Below, one piece after another: positions 1 through 10,992 of a stretch of 64,000 nucleotides of DNA. Made by a program: the position numbers and the translations under genes. Under the pieces are notes generated by a model. The model did no database searches. It had not been told where the DNA came from and saw only the letters and a list, made by a program, of their open reading frames with translations. This DNA is from Pelagomonas calceolata. Lineage: Eukaryota. Position 1 is the first letter of the stretch. Each line of letters opens with the position of its first letter. The stretch covers positions 3,658,001 to 3,722,000 of the forward strand of contig CAKKNE010000006.1 of NCBI GenBank assembly GCA_918797485.1. Direction: 5' to 3'.

Positions 1-714
1 ATGTGCCAACGACAGTTCTCGCAATCGAGGACACTTCGCGAGACACGTCAGGGCGTCTCCTTGTAGTCGATTCCTCTCGAGGAACAGCTTTTCCAGCGAT
101 TGGAAGTCCGAAAAGACGTCCGGCAGCTCTACTAGTCCATTTCCCGTGAGGTCCAAGTCTCGCAACCGCGGCATCGTCACGAGCTGACTAATTCCATCTA
201 AAGTCGCGGTATTGTAGGACAAATCCAGTACTAAGAGACGGGGGAACCAGTCTTCACTGACTGAGCTACATACGGACCAACTATTCGCGGCAAACCTCAA
301 ATCTTTGAGCCGAGGCAGGCTCCCAAAATCCTCCAAAGGCAATCGTGGATTATCGGACGCGTCGACCCAGCTCAGATTCGGGAAGTACTCGAGATCCGTG
401 GAGGACACTTCCGTAGCATGCCTTCCCGAGACGTCCGCCCGATGCCCTTCGTCTGGAAACTCGACGCCACACGCATCCAGCAATAAAAATCCATCAATAA
501 TCCGGGACTGGCCCCGCGTCAGCTGCGCCCGCAGTAGGTCCGCCTTTTTCCGCTTCCTGATCTCGTCGTCGACGTCAATAGAAACAACGCCCAGCCCGCG
601 CGACGGTAATTTAGGCCTCTGTGTCTTGGCCTCGGCGCCGGGATCGACAAAGTTCATCTGGGGCAGCAGGTAGCGCGCGCGGCCCTCGGGCTTCTTGTAG
701 GGCTTGAGCGGCAT
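1..714 (-). CDS. XRRA1: XRRA1-like leucine-rich-repeat protein, runs off the left edge (absent from the ORF track)
   Basis: Manual translation from ATG at 714 is open to base 1: MPLKPYKKPEG...RIIDGFLLLDACGVEFPDE...YFPNLSWVDASDN...FPRLLVLDLSYN...MPRLRDLDLTGNGLVELP...SLEKLFLERNRL...RLRELSLAH. The LDGFLL motif followed by LxxLxLxxN repeats resembles XRRA1, recognised from memory. Confidence 0.7.
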   Translation of the reverse strand, partial: MPLKPYKKPEGRARYLLPQMNFVDPGAEAKTQRPKLPSRGLGVVSIDVDDEIRKRKKADLLRAQLTRGQSRIIDGFLLLDACGVEFPDEGHRADVSGRHATEVSSTDLEYFPNLSWVDASDNPRLPLEDFGSLPRLKDLRFAANSWSVCSSVSEDWFPRLLVLDLSYNTATLDGISQLVTMPRLRDLDLTGNGLVELPDVFSDFQSLEKLFLERNRLQGDALTCLAKCPRLRELSLAH

Positions 715-981
715 GGCTGCTGGTGAGGCTGCCCCTGGCCTTGTTTGTGGTGCTGCTGGCTCGTCGCAGGACGTCGGGGCAGCCGAGGGCCGCACGTATG
801 CGTGCGCTGAGCCTTCTCTTGCGTCGGGCGGCGGTCGCTGGGCCGTCCGTCCCGGCCGAGACAAGCGCGCTGGGCTCGAGGGCTAGAGTGTTTTTTCCCA
901 CTTGCCCCCAGCATACGAGCTTGTACGAGGACTCCTCCGGGGCCGCCGTTGCCACCGTGTGCTTCCGCCACATTAAGTAAA

Positions 982-2044
982 CTAGTATGACAGCGAACTA
1001 CAGACCGCGTCCAGCGCCCGCGAGCAGCCCTCGAGGAGCCCGAAGGCCGCCCGCGCGTCTCGATCGGCGCGCGCGAGGGCGCCGGAGTCGTCTCGTTTGC
1101 TAGGACGGAAGGTCGCGGCGACCGCCGGCCTGACGTCGACGCCCAGGAAACGCGACAGCTTCGTCGCGTTCGCGTAGGCGTCCGGGTACGGCGCGCAGAC
1201 GAGGAACCGCGGGTCGAGGCGCCGCAGCTGCGCCTCGAGGCGCCGGCATGACCGCGTCAGGGTGGCGATGCGCCCCGCCGTGAAGCCGTTGTAGGGGTCC
1301 CGGACGATGTCGCGCGGCCGCCGCGTCGCGACGATCACGCGAAGATCGAAGCCCGCGGCCTCCGTCGCCGCCGCGAGCCACGGCAGGTCCGGGTCCCACG
1401 TCGCCGGGGGCTGTGTGGAAATCAACCAGTGTGTCGGGTGCACAATTCTTCACTAAGTCATTCTCGGCGATGGCGCGGCCGTCCTAGTTCGGTCGAGCGG
1501 CGAGGAACCGGCATCGCCACGCCATCGAGCAGGCGTCGCGTCGATGGCGTGGAGGACGACGCGACGATTCAGGACAGACGCGCCGTAAAATTTTGATTTC
1601 CACACAGGCCGGGGCGGTCCCGCACGGGTAGGAGCAGCTCGGCAGGTGCAGCAGGACGTCGCCTTGCGTACGTGCCAGGTCCGCGCGGAGGGCCTTTTCT
1701 AGTTTCGCGTCGTCGGCGCAGGTCGTGGCGCGGTCTCCGACGTCGTACGCATCGTAGGCGTTGCGCCAGGGGCCCGGTTGCTTGAAGACGCCGTCGTGCC
1801 AGAGATGATGACCGGTATGCTCCAGACCGGCGACGTACGCGACGCGGCCCCGCGCGCCGGCCGCGAAGTGGCGCTTCTCAATTAATTCTCCCTCGTTGTA
1901 GTAAGTGCTGGCGCAGGGGAATGCCGCCCCTACGTCTTCGCGGGCCCGCTGCGAGCCTGGGCGCCGCAGGTCAGCGTTCGCGGCGCGCAGGAGTGCGTAG
2001 AATGCCAAGTGCAGGCTGCATGGGCAGCCTATGTAGCGGCGCAT
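982..2044 (-). CDS. Sulfotransferase-like (P-loop fold) protein; exons 2044-1616 and 1410-982
   Basis: ORFs 1484..2044 and 982..1443 join in frame (CGT|PPATWD) when intron 1411-1615 (GC-AG) is removed. VAGLEHTGHHLW resembles the 5'-PSB loop and VIVATRRPRD the 3'-PB motif. Confidence 0.55.
1411..1607. mobile_element. Introner element (MITE-like), young copy
   Basis: Perfect 15-bp TIR CTGTGTGGAAATCAA...TTGATTTCCACACAG; flanks GCCGGGGG/GCCGGGGC (7/8 TSD); internal 12-bp stem CCACGCCATCGA (1517-1528)/TCGATGGCGTGG (1541-1552). Confidence 0.95.
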
Positions 2045-2400
2045 CGCTGCCGCGCGTGTGTGCGCGCCGCGGCTGCAGTTGCGCCGGGCGTCCTGCGGCC
2101 TCGCGGTTGCTGTTTTGAGGGACCTGGGCAGCTTTTACGGCTGCTGGCAAGGAGGCTCATGTCATGCTGTTTTTGCGGTCTAGTGCGAGGAACTCACTAG
2201 CACAGCGCCTAGTACATCGTAGAGTACCGCTGGCAACAGCCAAATACCGATCGAGGGGCGCCGGGGGCGCCTGGAAAGTCCACATGCAAACGCGGGGCCG
2301 TCCGCGACGCAACGCAGGGCCCCTACGCCATCGAAGCGAGGCAACCCCCAAAACCGCCGCCGCACCCAACCTAATGCTTCTATCTTACACAATAGCCGTC

Positions 2401-3215
2401 TCAGGCGGTGGCGACCGTCTCCAGGTCGTCTTCCTCGTACTGTTCTTCTTCGGCGAAGTCCATGCGGTCCAGGATCTTCCACTCGCCCACGTCCGCGTCC
2501 CTCATATCTACCAGGGCCAAGCCGTCGAAGCGCACGGACCCGCCGAGCGCCGGCCACTTTTCGCGAATTTCATCCACAACGCCTTGGTTCACGGCCGGCG
2601 ACCCGATCCAGTCGTACACTAAAGACGTGTGGGGCGTCGGCTCCTCGTAGTCCAGCCCGAATACGGCCGCAGCCTGGGCGTGGAGCGCGTCGAGTTCTTG
2701 CGTTCGGTGATGCGTCAGGCCGATGGCCCGCATGTCGTAGGGCGCGTGGTCGCCCCAGTACTCCGGCGGGCCCGCGCACTTGAGGTCTAACGGCCCTTGG
2801 CCTTGCGACTGGAGCTGCTCTCTTAACTCCGTGAACTTTGCTCGGGCTTGTTTCTCGTCCGAGCCCATGTTATAATGTAATGTAGCGTGGGCCTGGTAGC
2901 GCGGGCAGTTCGGGTTCATGGCGTCGATGGTCGCTTTTATGTCGGCGTTCTTCGTGACCTGCGCGCGCGATGATGTCACCGCATCGCGACGGAATCTCGC
3001 GTCTGTAACGCGCGTTTCGCGCGGTTTCGACCGGCGGCGGCGCGGCGGCGGCGGCCTCGAGGACGAAGACGGCAAGGACGCGGGCGCGGTACAAGCCAAA
3101 GCGTCAGGCCCTCGAACTTAAACGCGTACGGACCCTCGCGCGCCGCGACGGAGAGCACGGGGCTCAGCTGCGCGGCCAGCGGGGCCACGCTCGCGCCGGA
3201 GGCGACGCGGCGCAT
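2401..3215 (-). CDS. 2H phosphoesterase (cyclic phosphodiesterase, CPDase-like); exons 3215-3093 and 2958-2401
   Basis: Two HxT/S motifs (QAHATLHY, PTPHTSLVY) and N-terminal LTLWLV; GT-AG intron 2959-3092 gives a phase-0 join LTLWL|VTKNAD. Confidence 0.75.
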
Positions 3216-3731
3216 CGTAGCAAGTCTATAGCTTGCAATTGCGGGCGCGTCGATTGGGGTTCAGGCTGATTCTAGCCGGAATGTTTGGTCTCGGCCTCTG
3301 ATGCACGGCAGTACTTCAAAACCGGCCACGGGCGGTACCAACACTGCGGTACTTTATAGCGCGACGCGCAGCTACAGAGGGATCATGTTGACCCGGCGGT
3401 CCAGTCTGGAGACCGGCAGTGCTCGGCAATCGCATGTCGAGTCGACTACAGCTTTACCTCCGACAACTCCAAGCACCGGTCCAGCAGGAGGTGCTGGACT
3501 GCTGGACCAATGCAGGGCTCTAGTCGGCGCCTTGTCTTTTCGCGCGGGTTGGGCGGGCAAACGCTGCCATTTTGTCTTTGTACCGGTCCCGCCTTAGCAG
3601 AAGGGCAGGCCTCGGGAACAGATTTGAAGGATCTAGCTCCCAGCGATCCAGCGCACGGCTCAAAATTACAAGCGCGGACAGTTGACTGCTCCAGCTCCAG
3701 CTATCCAAAGCCCAAGACCTAATCATCGAAG

Positions 3732-4266
3732 ATGGCCGACGACGAGAAGCCCACGGACATCACCGAGTCGGCGCCCGCACCAGAGGCACGCGCCAGCGTT
3801 GATAACATACGGCGGCGGCCGCCTCGCGCCAAGACGCGCCGGCGCGAAACCGCCCGGAACCTAAGAAACGGCCCGGGCTACGGCCGCGCGGCGCTCGCCG
3901 CGACGGAACCAAACGCAGAAACGCCGCGGCCCGCGAGCGATGCGCGATACGCCGTCGCCGCGACGAAACCGCCACACACGCGTGGCGCGGCTCGCCGCGA
4001 AGCTGCGAAACCGCCACGCCCGCGCGCAGGTCCAGGCCCCCGACCCGGCGGACGTCGCCGCGGCTCTGAAGGCCAACGACGACGTCCAGAACGCCATGCA
4101 CGTCCAGAGTTTACCGATCCGAGCGTACCTCGACACCACCGTCGTGCCCGTGTTGTTGGATGGCATGAGCGCGCTCGTGAAAGAACGACCCCCGAACCCG
4201 GTCGAGTGGCTCGCGACGTACCTGATCAAGAACAACCCCCAAGGGAGCACGAACCACCAGGCCTGA
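3732..4266 (+). CDS. DPY30: Dpy-30 (COMPASS subunit); exons 3732-3785 and 4030-4266
   Basis: [42 protein letters not shown] is the Dpy-30 motif; GC-AG intron 3786-4029 joins in phase 0. Confidence 0.92.
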
Positions 4267-4988
4267 TTGTACCTTTTCTGTTGGCTCCTCAGTGCGCGCG
4301 CTGCCAGTGGGGGCCCTAATTTTCTCGCCGGTTTGCACCTTCTCTCTTTCTTTGATCGCGTCGATGGCGTCGGGGTGGGCCCGGAGGCACGCGTGTGCTC
4401 GCGCGCTTGCGCTAAGCGCTCAGCTCGCGCGCGCCGCTCGCGGCCGGTAGAGACTCCTAGGGAAGCGAGCGTCGCCTGAGCACACGGGGAGCGTGGGAGG
4501 GATATCCGGGTCGATGCGCCAGCCAGGGTGGCTCTGTCCCCGAGCTTGTGTGTCCGCGCCGCGGCGCGACCATCCGCAAAAACCCGAATTGAAAAATTCA
4601 GTCAGAAGGACGGCCTGGACCCCTCATTGCGTCTTGGAGAGGCGCCGCGAGGCTGCGCTGGAGGCCTACGGCGCAATCAATCCAAGCATGGAACAACATT
4701 TGCTCCGGCAACCAAGCCGGTGAAACGCGTGCGCTAGAGCCGCATAGATCATATAGAGGTGACAGCGCAGGGCCGGAGGCTCCCTCGAGCCTTTGTCAAC
4801 TTTTGGTCACGCTGCGACGTCCTGCCGCGACGCCTAAACAGCTCTCCCGCTGGGCCGGCTGTCGCCGTAGAACAGTTAAAAAGGCGCTAGCGGCGTCGCT
4901 GGCAGCCGTGGCCCCGGCCAGGCATCAGTAACGAGTCAAGACAGCGCCCAAGCGCCGCTGTCGCCCTGAAAAAGAACAAAGGAGCGGG

Positions 4989-7900
4989 ATGGCCGAAACA
5001 GCCCCCCCGAACACCGCCGCAAATGGCGCAAACGGGTCAACCGGCGACGACCAGAACTCCGTCATCAGCGAGGACTCCGACGACGCGCCTTTATCGGCGC
5101 TCATTGTCAGGAAACCGTCGGTAGAAGAACGCGAGCGCGGCGTCTCGTTAATCGAGGAGCGCTTCCTCGCGGACCACAACAACGACACGCCACCGCAGCA
5201 GCCGCCCCACGAGGTCACGCCGGAGGACGGCTTCGCGCCGCCCCTGTCGCGAGCCGAGAACAACACGACCCCACCGAGCCCGGGCCAGCGCTTCCTCAGG
5301 CCTTCGGAATTATTCGCGCAAGACAATAGAGCGGCCGTCCGGGCCGAACATCCGGGCGACTTGGATAGGGCCGTCCGCAACCGCCTCTCGGAGATGTGGC
5401 GTTCGGTCGACGACGCGACGCGAAAAAGTTACGTAGAGAGAGCGAGAAAAGTCCGAGAACGCGCCCGGTCCGAGTCCCAGGACGACGACCAGCCCCGGGA
5501 CCCCAGCCAACCGAAGAAGAAGAAGCGCAGCCCGCCGCCGAAAAAGAAGAAGCCGCCGCGGCCGCCGCAGCCGAAGCCGCCGTCGGCCGCGGCGGGGCTG
5601 GGCCCCGGCCAGCCCGTCTGCTGCGCCAACGATCCCCAGCGGCGGGGCGTCGTCGTGAAGCAGACGGCGGGCTCCTGGTTGCTTGTTCGGTTTGCGAGAG
5701 GGGGTGAGACCAAAGCTAGACCTTCTCAATTACGAGCTTTGAGGAGCGACGAAGCTCTCACAGAAAAAGAGAAGGAGGAGCTCGCGAAGCCCTTCGACCC
5801 GGTAGCGCGCGGCGTCCCTCGTCGACGCGGCGACGGCGTCGAGGCCGCGCCGTCGATGCGCCGTCGACGCGAGAGCGTCGATGGCGTGGGGGCGGAGCGA
5901 GTCGAGGGCGTCGGCGCGCCATCACCACACCACCCACACAGGTCCGCGACGTCCAGGACGCGGTGGACGCGGACGTGCGCGTCGCGGCCGCAGACGGCGG
6001 CTTCGTCGGGAACGTGTTTATAGATAGGGACGGGACGGAGCGGCGGCAGTTCGAGGCCTACGCGTTACCTGGAGGTGGTGTGGGGGCGAGATGTGGCGTC
6101 TGTGGGCTGGATCAAGTGTTGCCTGAAAGTGCCGTGGCCGATGGGGGCCGGGGGAAAGTCGTCCACGCGCTGAAGAGCCACTGCGGCTACTACGCGGCCT
6201 GTTCCATGTCGGCGTCGAACGCCCACATCGCCGCTCTCCAGGAGTTAGTCGCGGAGCCGCTGCGGAGAGGCATGCCCGGAGACGCCGAGCGGCCTCAGGC
6301 CAAACCAAGGTCTGGTAGTATGAAAGATGATGATAGTAGGCCTCGCAAGCGTCCTGCTGCGCAAGCAGCGACGCAGGCCCTGACGGGGCAGGGGCGGGAC
6401 CGATCCGGGAGCGCGAATCGGTGCGGCACTTGCGTGAACTGCCGCGCGAAGAAGGGTCGGTCGTGTCTGGAAAACCCGGACGAACCGGAAACCAAGAAGA
6501 AGAAGGCCGTGAAGCGGTCGCCGGCCCAGCGCAAGAAGCCGGCGCTCCAGACGCCGTTTCTGCCGGCGCAGCGGGGCTACGAGTCCGACGAGTCGTCGAC
6601 CTTAGGATGGGTGGTGGACGTGCCGGCCTGGGACGCCGACGAGGCGGCGCGATTGAAGGAGAAGGACGCGGCGCTCGACGAGTTCGCGAACGACTTCTAC
6701 CAGCGGGTTTATGATCCCTCGAAGATCGCGGCGCTGGACGTCTGCGCGGAGCACGCGCGGCCTAGAAGGGCGGACGACGACGCGTGTGCGTGTGCTTTGA
6801 ACAAGGACGCGGACCCGGTCAAGGCCGGCGGCTTATGCAAGGACGCTTTGGACGCGCTGGTGACGCGCGGCGTCCGAGACTCATTCGACGCGACGCGTCG
6901 CTCGCGCCGCCGGCGGGAGGGACCGAAACGAGACGCCATCGACGCGAGGGGCCTCCGACGCGCGCCGACCGCGGCGATGGCGTACTGATCGCGGCGAGGG
7001 CGGGGGGCGCCGCGAGAGCATCGACGCGGCGGGAGAGAGTCGCGTCGGCGGCGAGAGTCACCACAAAAACACCGACGCGCCTCGACCGCGGCGACGGCGT
7101 ACTGCCTCCACGCCATCGATGCGAGGGCGGGGGCAGAAACAAAACCGCAACGCAGGCGAAGCGCCGCAACGGCTGCAACGGCCCCGGCGCGCTGGAGTTG
7201 CGGTGGGCCCTCGGGGCCCGAGGCGCCTTGGCGCCGAAGGACCGGGAACGAGCCGCGGCTTTGTTAGATGACAACGAGGGCCGCGGCCTCGACGCGTGCC
7301 CCAGAGAAGTCGCGAAGGGCCTCTCGCGGCCGCTCGGCGATGTGCTAGCCTGGTACTACGCAGCCAGGGAGCCAGACGACAAGGAGGGCGAGAAGGACGC
7401 GTGGCTGGGCGGGAGGCGAAGGCAGGTCGTCGACGGGCCGCAGCGGGCGCACCTCAACTTAAATCAGCTGCACAACGTCGCTGATGCCAAAGATGATATT
7501 GATCCGTTGAAGAGGAGGCATCTCGACGCTCCGACGATCGAGGAGAAGCCCTTGATCGATGAGGTCCCTTCATTAGTAGAGGGCAAGGCGCGGCCGCCAC
7601 CAGCCACCAAGTTCTTGGTAGGCGAGGTCGACGTGGGCCAGCGCTGCTGGGTCGTCGGAAGTTCCGCCAAGGAGGTCGCTGCTTCTCGTCGATTGGATTT
7701 AGTACAATTGGAGCATGCCCAGGGCACGTTCGTCGAAGGCACATCTACCTCAGTACTATTACCTACCCTACCAGCCTTGCCGGCGCCGTCGCCGCCGTCC
7801 CAAAAGGCCGTGGAACGGCGCCTCAAGTGCCAGGGCGGCGAGGTCCTCGAGGTCGGCTCGACGACCCATGGGTGTCGACTGTGGTACGCGCCTCGCACGT

Positions 7901-9805
7901 TCGAGACCTGGAGGGATGTGGCCCACAAGCTCAAAGGCTTGCATTTGGCGTCGCCGAGCTTCTTCCCGACGACGGGGACGCGGAGGGATTTGTCCGCGGC
8001 GGCTCTCGCGGGCTTCGGGAGCTGTGCCGTGTCGGCGCCGCGATGCGCCTACCGCGAAGACACGCGCCAGACGGACCCCGCCGCCGCCGAGGAGCTCTGG
8101 GCGGCGCAATTGGCCTTCTGCGCGCCGGGCGAGGCCTTTGCTTCTCGCGCTTTTTCCGGTGATGACCGGATCATCCGGAGCCTGCCGGAGGCAACATCAA
8201 ACAGAACAAGACCCTTAATATTGCTCCCATTAAGGCCGGGCTGGCCGCGCGTCGACACGAAGGGCCGCAAGGGCGTCCCAGCCACGCGAAAGGCGTCCTC
8301 CGACTCAGAGGACGAACCGGACGTCGACGGCAAGCGGGGCGACGCGTCCTTCGCGGCCCGGCGCGCTAGGGTCTGCTGCATCGTGCCTCCTTCGTTAGCC
8401 AAGTTCCGGGGCGACTTGGAGGAGGAGCCCGACGAAGCTGATGTTTTAAGGGATGGGGACCGGTTGTGGGCGAAATTGCCGCGGGGCAAGGGCGCGGCGC
8501 CGCCGCCGCGACGGCCTCGCGTACAGTCGGACGGCGAGCCTAGAACCAAACCTGTGACGCTGGACGCTCGTTCAGTTGCCACGGCGGCCGTCGCATTGGG
8601 CTGCGACCCCGTCGCCTTGGAGAGGCGGAATAGGGCATCACCAGGAGCTTTTTCAGGAGGCCAATACGCGCACGAGACCGAAAGGTCCCTTGGTCATGGG
8701 TTATTACTATTAGGACGGACGGGCGCTTCCCTACGAGGCCCCTGCGCCCGGTGTAGGGTAAGAGGCGAAAGGCGGGGCTTCCGGTGCCGCGCCCTTCGAA
8801 GGCACGACGCGCCGGAGTGCCACCTGCCTCCGTCGGGCGGCTGGAAGGTCGGGTCGAGGATACGATGCCGCTGGGCCGACGAGGAGGACCAGCGGACGGT
8901 GACGTGGTACTACGCGAGCGTGACGGAGGTCGTCGCGACCGACGGCGACAAGGCGACGCTGCGCGTTTTATATGACGACTACGCGCCCGACGACCCGGCC
9001 GGCCAGGATCTGATCAACGTGCCCGACGACGACACGGTCACGTGCGATCCGGCGCAGCCGCGCGTCAAGGCGTCGGCCGACGACCGACTGCGCATCGGGA
9101 AGACGTTCGTTTGGTCGCGGAATTCGCCTCGAGAGAAGCGCGAGCCGGGCCGCTGGCGCATCACGGACATCTTCGACTCGCTCGAGGAGGGTATGGACCT
9201 GAGTGGAAATCAACCAGTGTGTCGGGTGCACCCGACGATTCTTCACTAAGTCATTTCTCGGCGATGACGTGGCCGCGCTGGCTCCGTCGAGCGGTGAGAA
9301 ACCGGCATCGCCACGCCGTCAAGCAGGCGTCGCGTCGATGGCGTGGAGGACGACGCGATGATTCAGCACGAAAGCGCCGTAAAATTTTGATTTTCACACA
9401 GGCGCGGACGGCGTCGTCGCGACGTACGCGCGCGTCGAGCGGCGGGGCGACGCCGCGGCGGACTCGAGCGACGACGACGCGCGCGCGGCGCCGACGCGCG
9501 CCGAGGAGCTGCACCTCCTCGTGAAGCACGCGCGCTGGGACGACGCCGCGCCGCCGCCGCCGCCCAAGCCGCTCAAGCGCCGGAAGGAGGGAGGCGAAGG
9601 CAGCCCGCCGGCGAAGAAGAAGAAGAAGAATTCCGACGACGGCGCGGCGGCGCCGAGCGACGCGCCCGGCGAGGAGGCGGCGCCGGCGCCGGCCGCGCCG
9701 GCGCCGGCCGCGGAGGCGGAGGCGGAGGCGGAGGCGATGCCGCCCGAGCCCGCGGCGGTCGGGGACGCGGCGCCGAGAGCGGAACCCATGGCCATCGGGG
9801 CCTGA
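4989..9805 (+). CDS. Multidomain chromatin protein (HMG box, CxxC-like zinc motif, ELM2-SANT-like, Tudor-like); exons 4989-5801, 5942-6859, 7156-9190, 9402-9805
   Basis: Three GT-AG introns join four track ORFs in frame. HMG: LFAQDNRAAVRAEHP...LSEMWRSVDDATRKSYVERA. CxxC-like: RCGTCVNCRAKKGRSC. SANT-like: EVAKGLSRPLGDVLAWYY. Tudor-like: WKVGSRIRCRW...WYYASVTEV...RVLYDD. Basic NLS-like tracts. Confidence 0.75.
9199..9401. mobile_element. Introner element; intron 9191-9401 including the 5' TSD copy
   Basis: TIR CTGAGTGGAAATCAA...TTGATTTTCACACAG; body near-identical to 1411-1607; flanks GTATGGAC/GCGCGGAC. Confidence 0.93.
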
Positions 9806-9924
9806 CTAAGTTTATATGGGCAACAGCTGTCCCTGCGCTCTGCTCCACAGGCCTGGCGGCTTCGGATGCGCACGCGCCGGCGACAAACGCGGCGATACGC
9901 CCTACGAAATTGTACAACGTTTGT

Positions 9925-10568
9925 TTAGTAGATATGAACTAACGCGTAGGCGAGCGTCCAGAAAAGCACGAACGACAGCGCGTAGCCCGGCGCGCCCATG
10001 ATCACGAACTTCGTCAGAGACTCACTCGTATAGTCCACCGGATTGCACCGCATGCGCGTCAGCAGCGCGACTGATCCCAGTACATACGTGCCGACGAAGA
10101 ACAGGAGCCCGCGCAGGCCCGTCGCCTGTGTGGAAATCAAAATTGTACGGCGCGTTCACGTCGTCCTCCACGCCATCGACGCGATGCCTGCTCGATGGCG
10201 TGGCGATGCCGGTTCCTCGCCGCTCGACCGAGCCAGGTCGGCCGCGTCATCGCCGAGAAATGACTTAGTAAAGAATTGCACCCGACGCACTGGTTGATTT
10301 CCACACAGCCCGTCGCGCCGACGACGCCCGCCCCCACGGCGCCGAAGAGCGTCAGGTAGCTCCGGCAGCCGTCGACGGCGTTCAGGTTGTGCGCCATCGC
10401 GTCGCGGTCGAAGAGGTTCTTCGCGCTGCGGGCGGCGCGCGGGTTTCGTCGCGAGGGTTCCGTGCGCGCGCGCGACTCTCGACGAGCCCTGCGGTCGCGC
10501 GACGCGCGCGCGGCGGCGGTGCAGGACGCTGGCAAGCACTCCTCCTCAGGCTCTGGGCTCATGCTCAT
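9925..10568 (-). CDS. EMC6: ER membrane protein complex subunit 6; exons 10568-10540, 10425-10317, 10125-9925
   Basis: Spliced product ...AMAHNLNAVDGCRSYLTLFGAVGAGVVG|ATGLRGLLFF...SFVLFWTLAYALVHIY carries the EMC6/TMEM93 C-terminal signature. The first intron (10426-10539) is less certain. Confidence 0.88.
10126..10308. mobile_element. Introner element in EMC6; intron 10126-10316 (GC-AG)
   Basis: Perfect 15-bp TIR and perfect 8-bp TSD CCCGTCGC (10118-10125, 10309-10316); orientation inverted relative to 1411-1607. Confidence 0.96.
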
Positions 10569-10918
10569 GATTGAGGGTGCGCGCGCGGCTGGTGTATGCG
10601 ATGTGAGTCAAATGCGATCTTGCAGCGATCGGTGCGTTCAGGCGCAGCACGTTGGCTGGCGCGCCGAGCTCACTGCGCTTGACTCGCGGGTTTCACGCGC
10701 GACGCGGGCTGCGGTCGCAGCGCAAACTTGGCGCGAGCCCGGCTCTCGGTGCTCCTCAGCGTGCCTAATACTCGCGCATGGATCGCAGCCGCAGCGGGTG
10801 TAGTCAGCGCGCCGCCGCTTGCTGAGATTTGCCTCGGAGAGCATCGACAGCTATTCGGGTGATACAGACAAAACGCGGGCACATCGCGGCTGGCAGAGGC
10901 GCGGGATCGGCCACTGCT

Positions 10919-10977
10919 AAGACCTCGTAGAGACGGACTCGTAAAGACCTCGTAGAGACGGACTCGTAGAGACGGAC
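10919..10977. repeat. 25-bp tandem repeat x2 plus partial copy upstream of the polymerase ATG
   Basis: AAGACCTCGTAGAGACGGACTCGTA at 10919 and 10944, then GAGACGGAC. Confidence 0.9.
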
Positions 10978-10992
10978 GCTTCGTGTGGAGCG

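Noticed and set aside
654..973. Upstream coding exon for the XRRA1-like gene
   Set aside because: A GCAAGT donor exists near 905, but I could not establish a supported junction; ATG 714 already gives a coherent protein.
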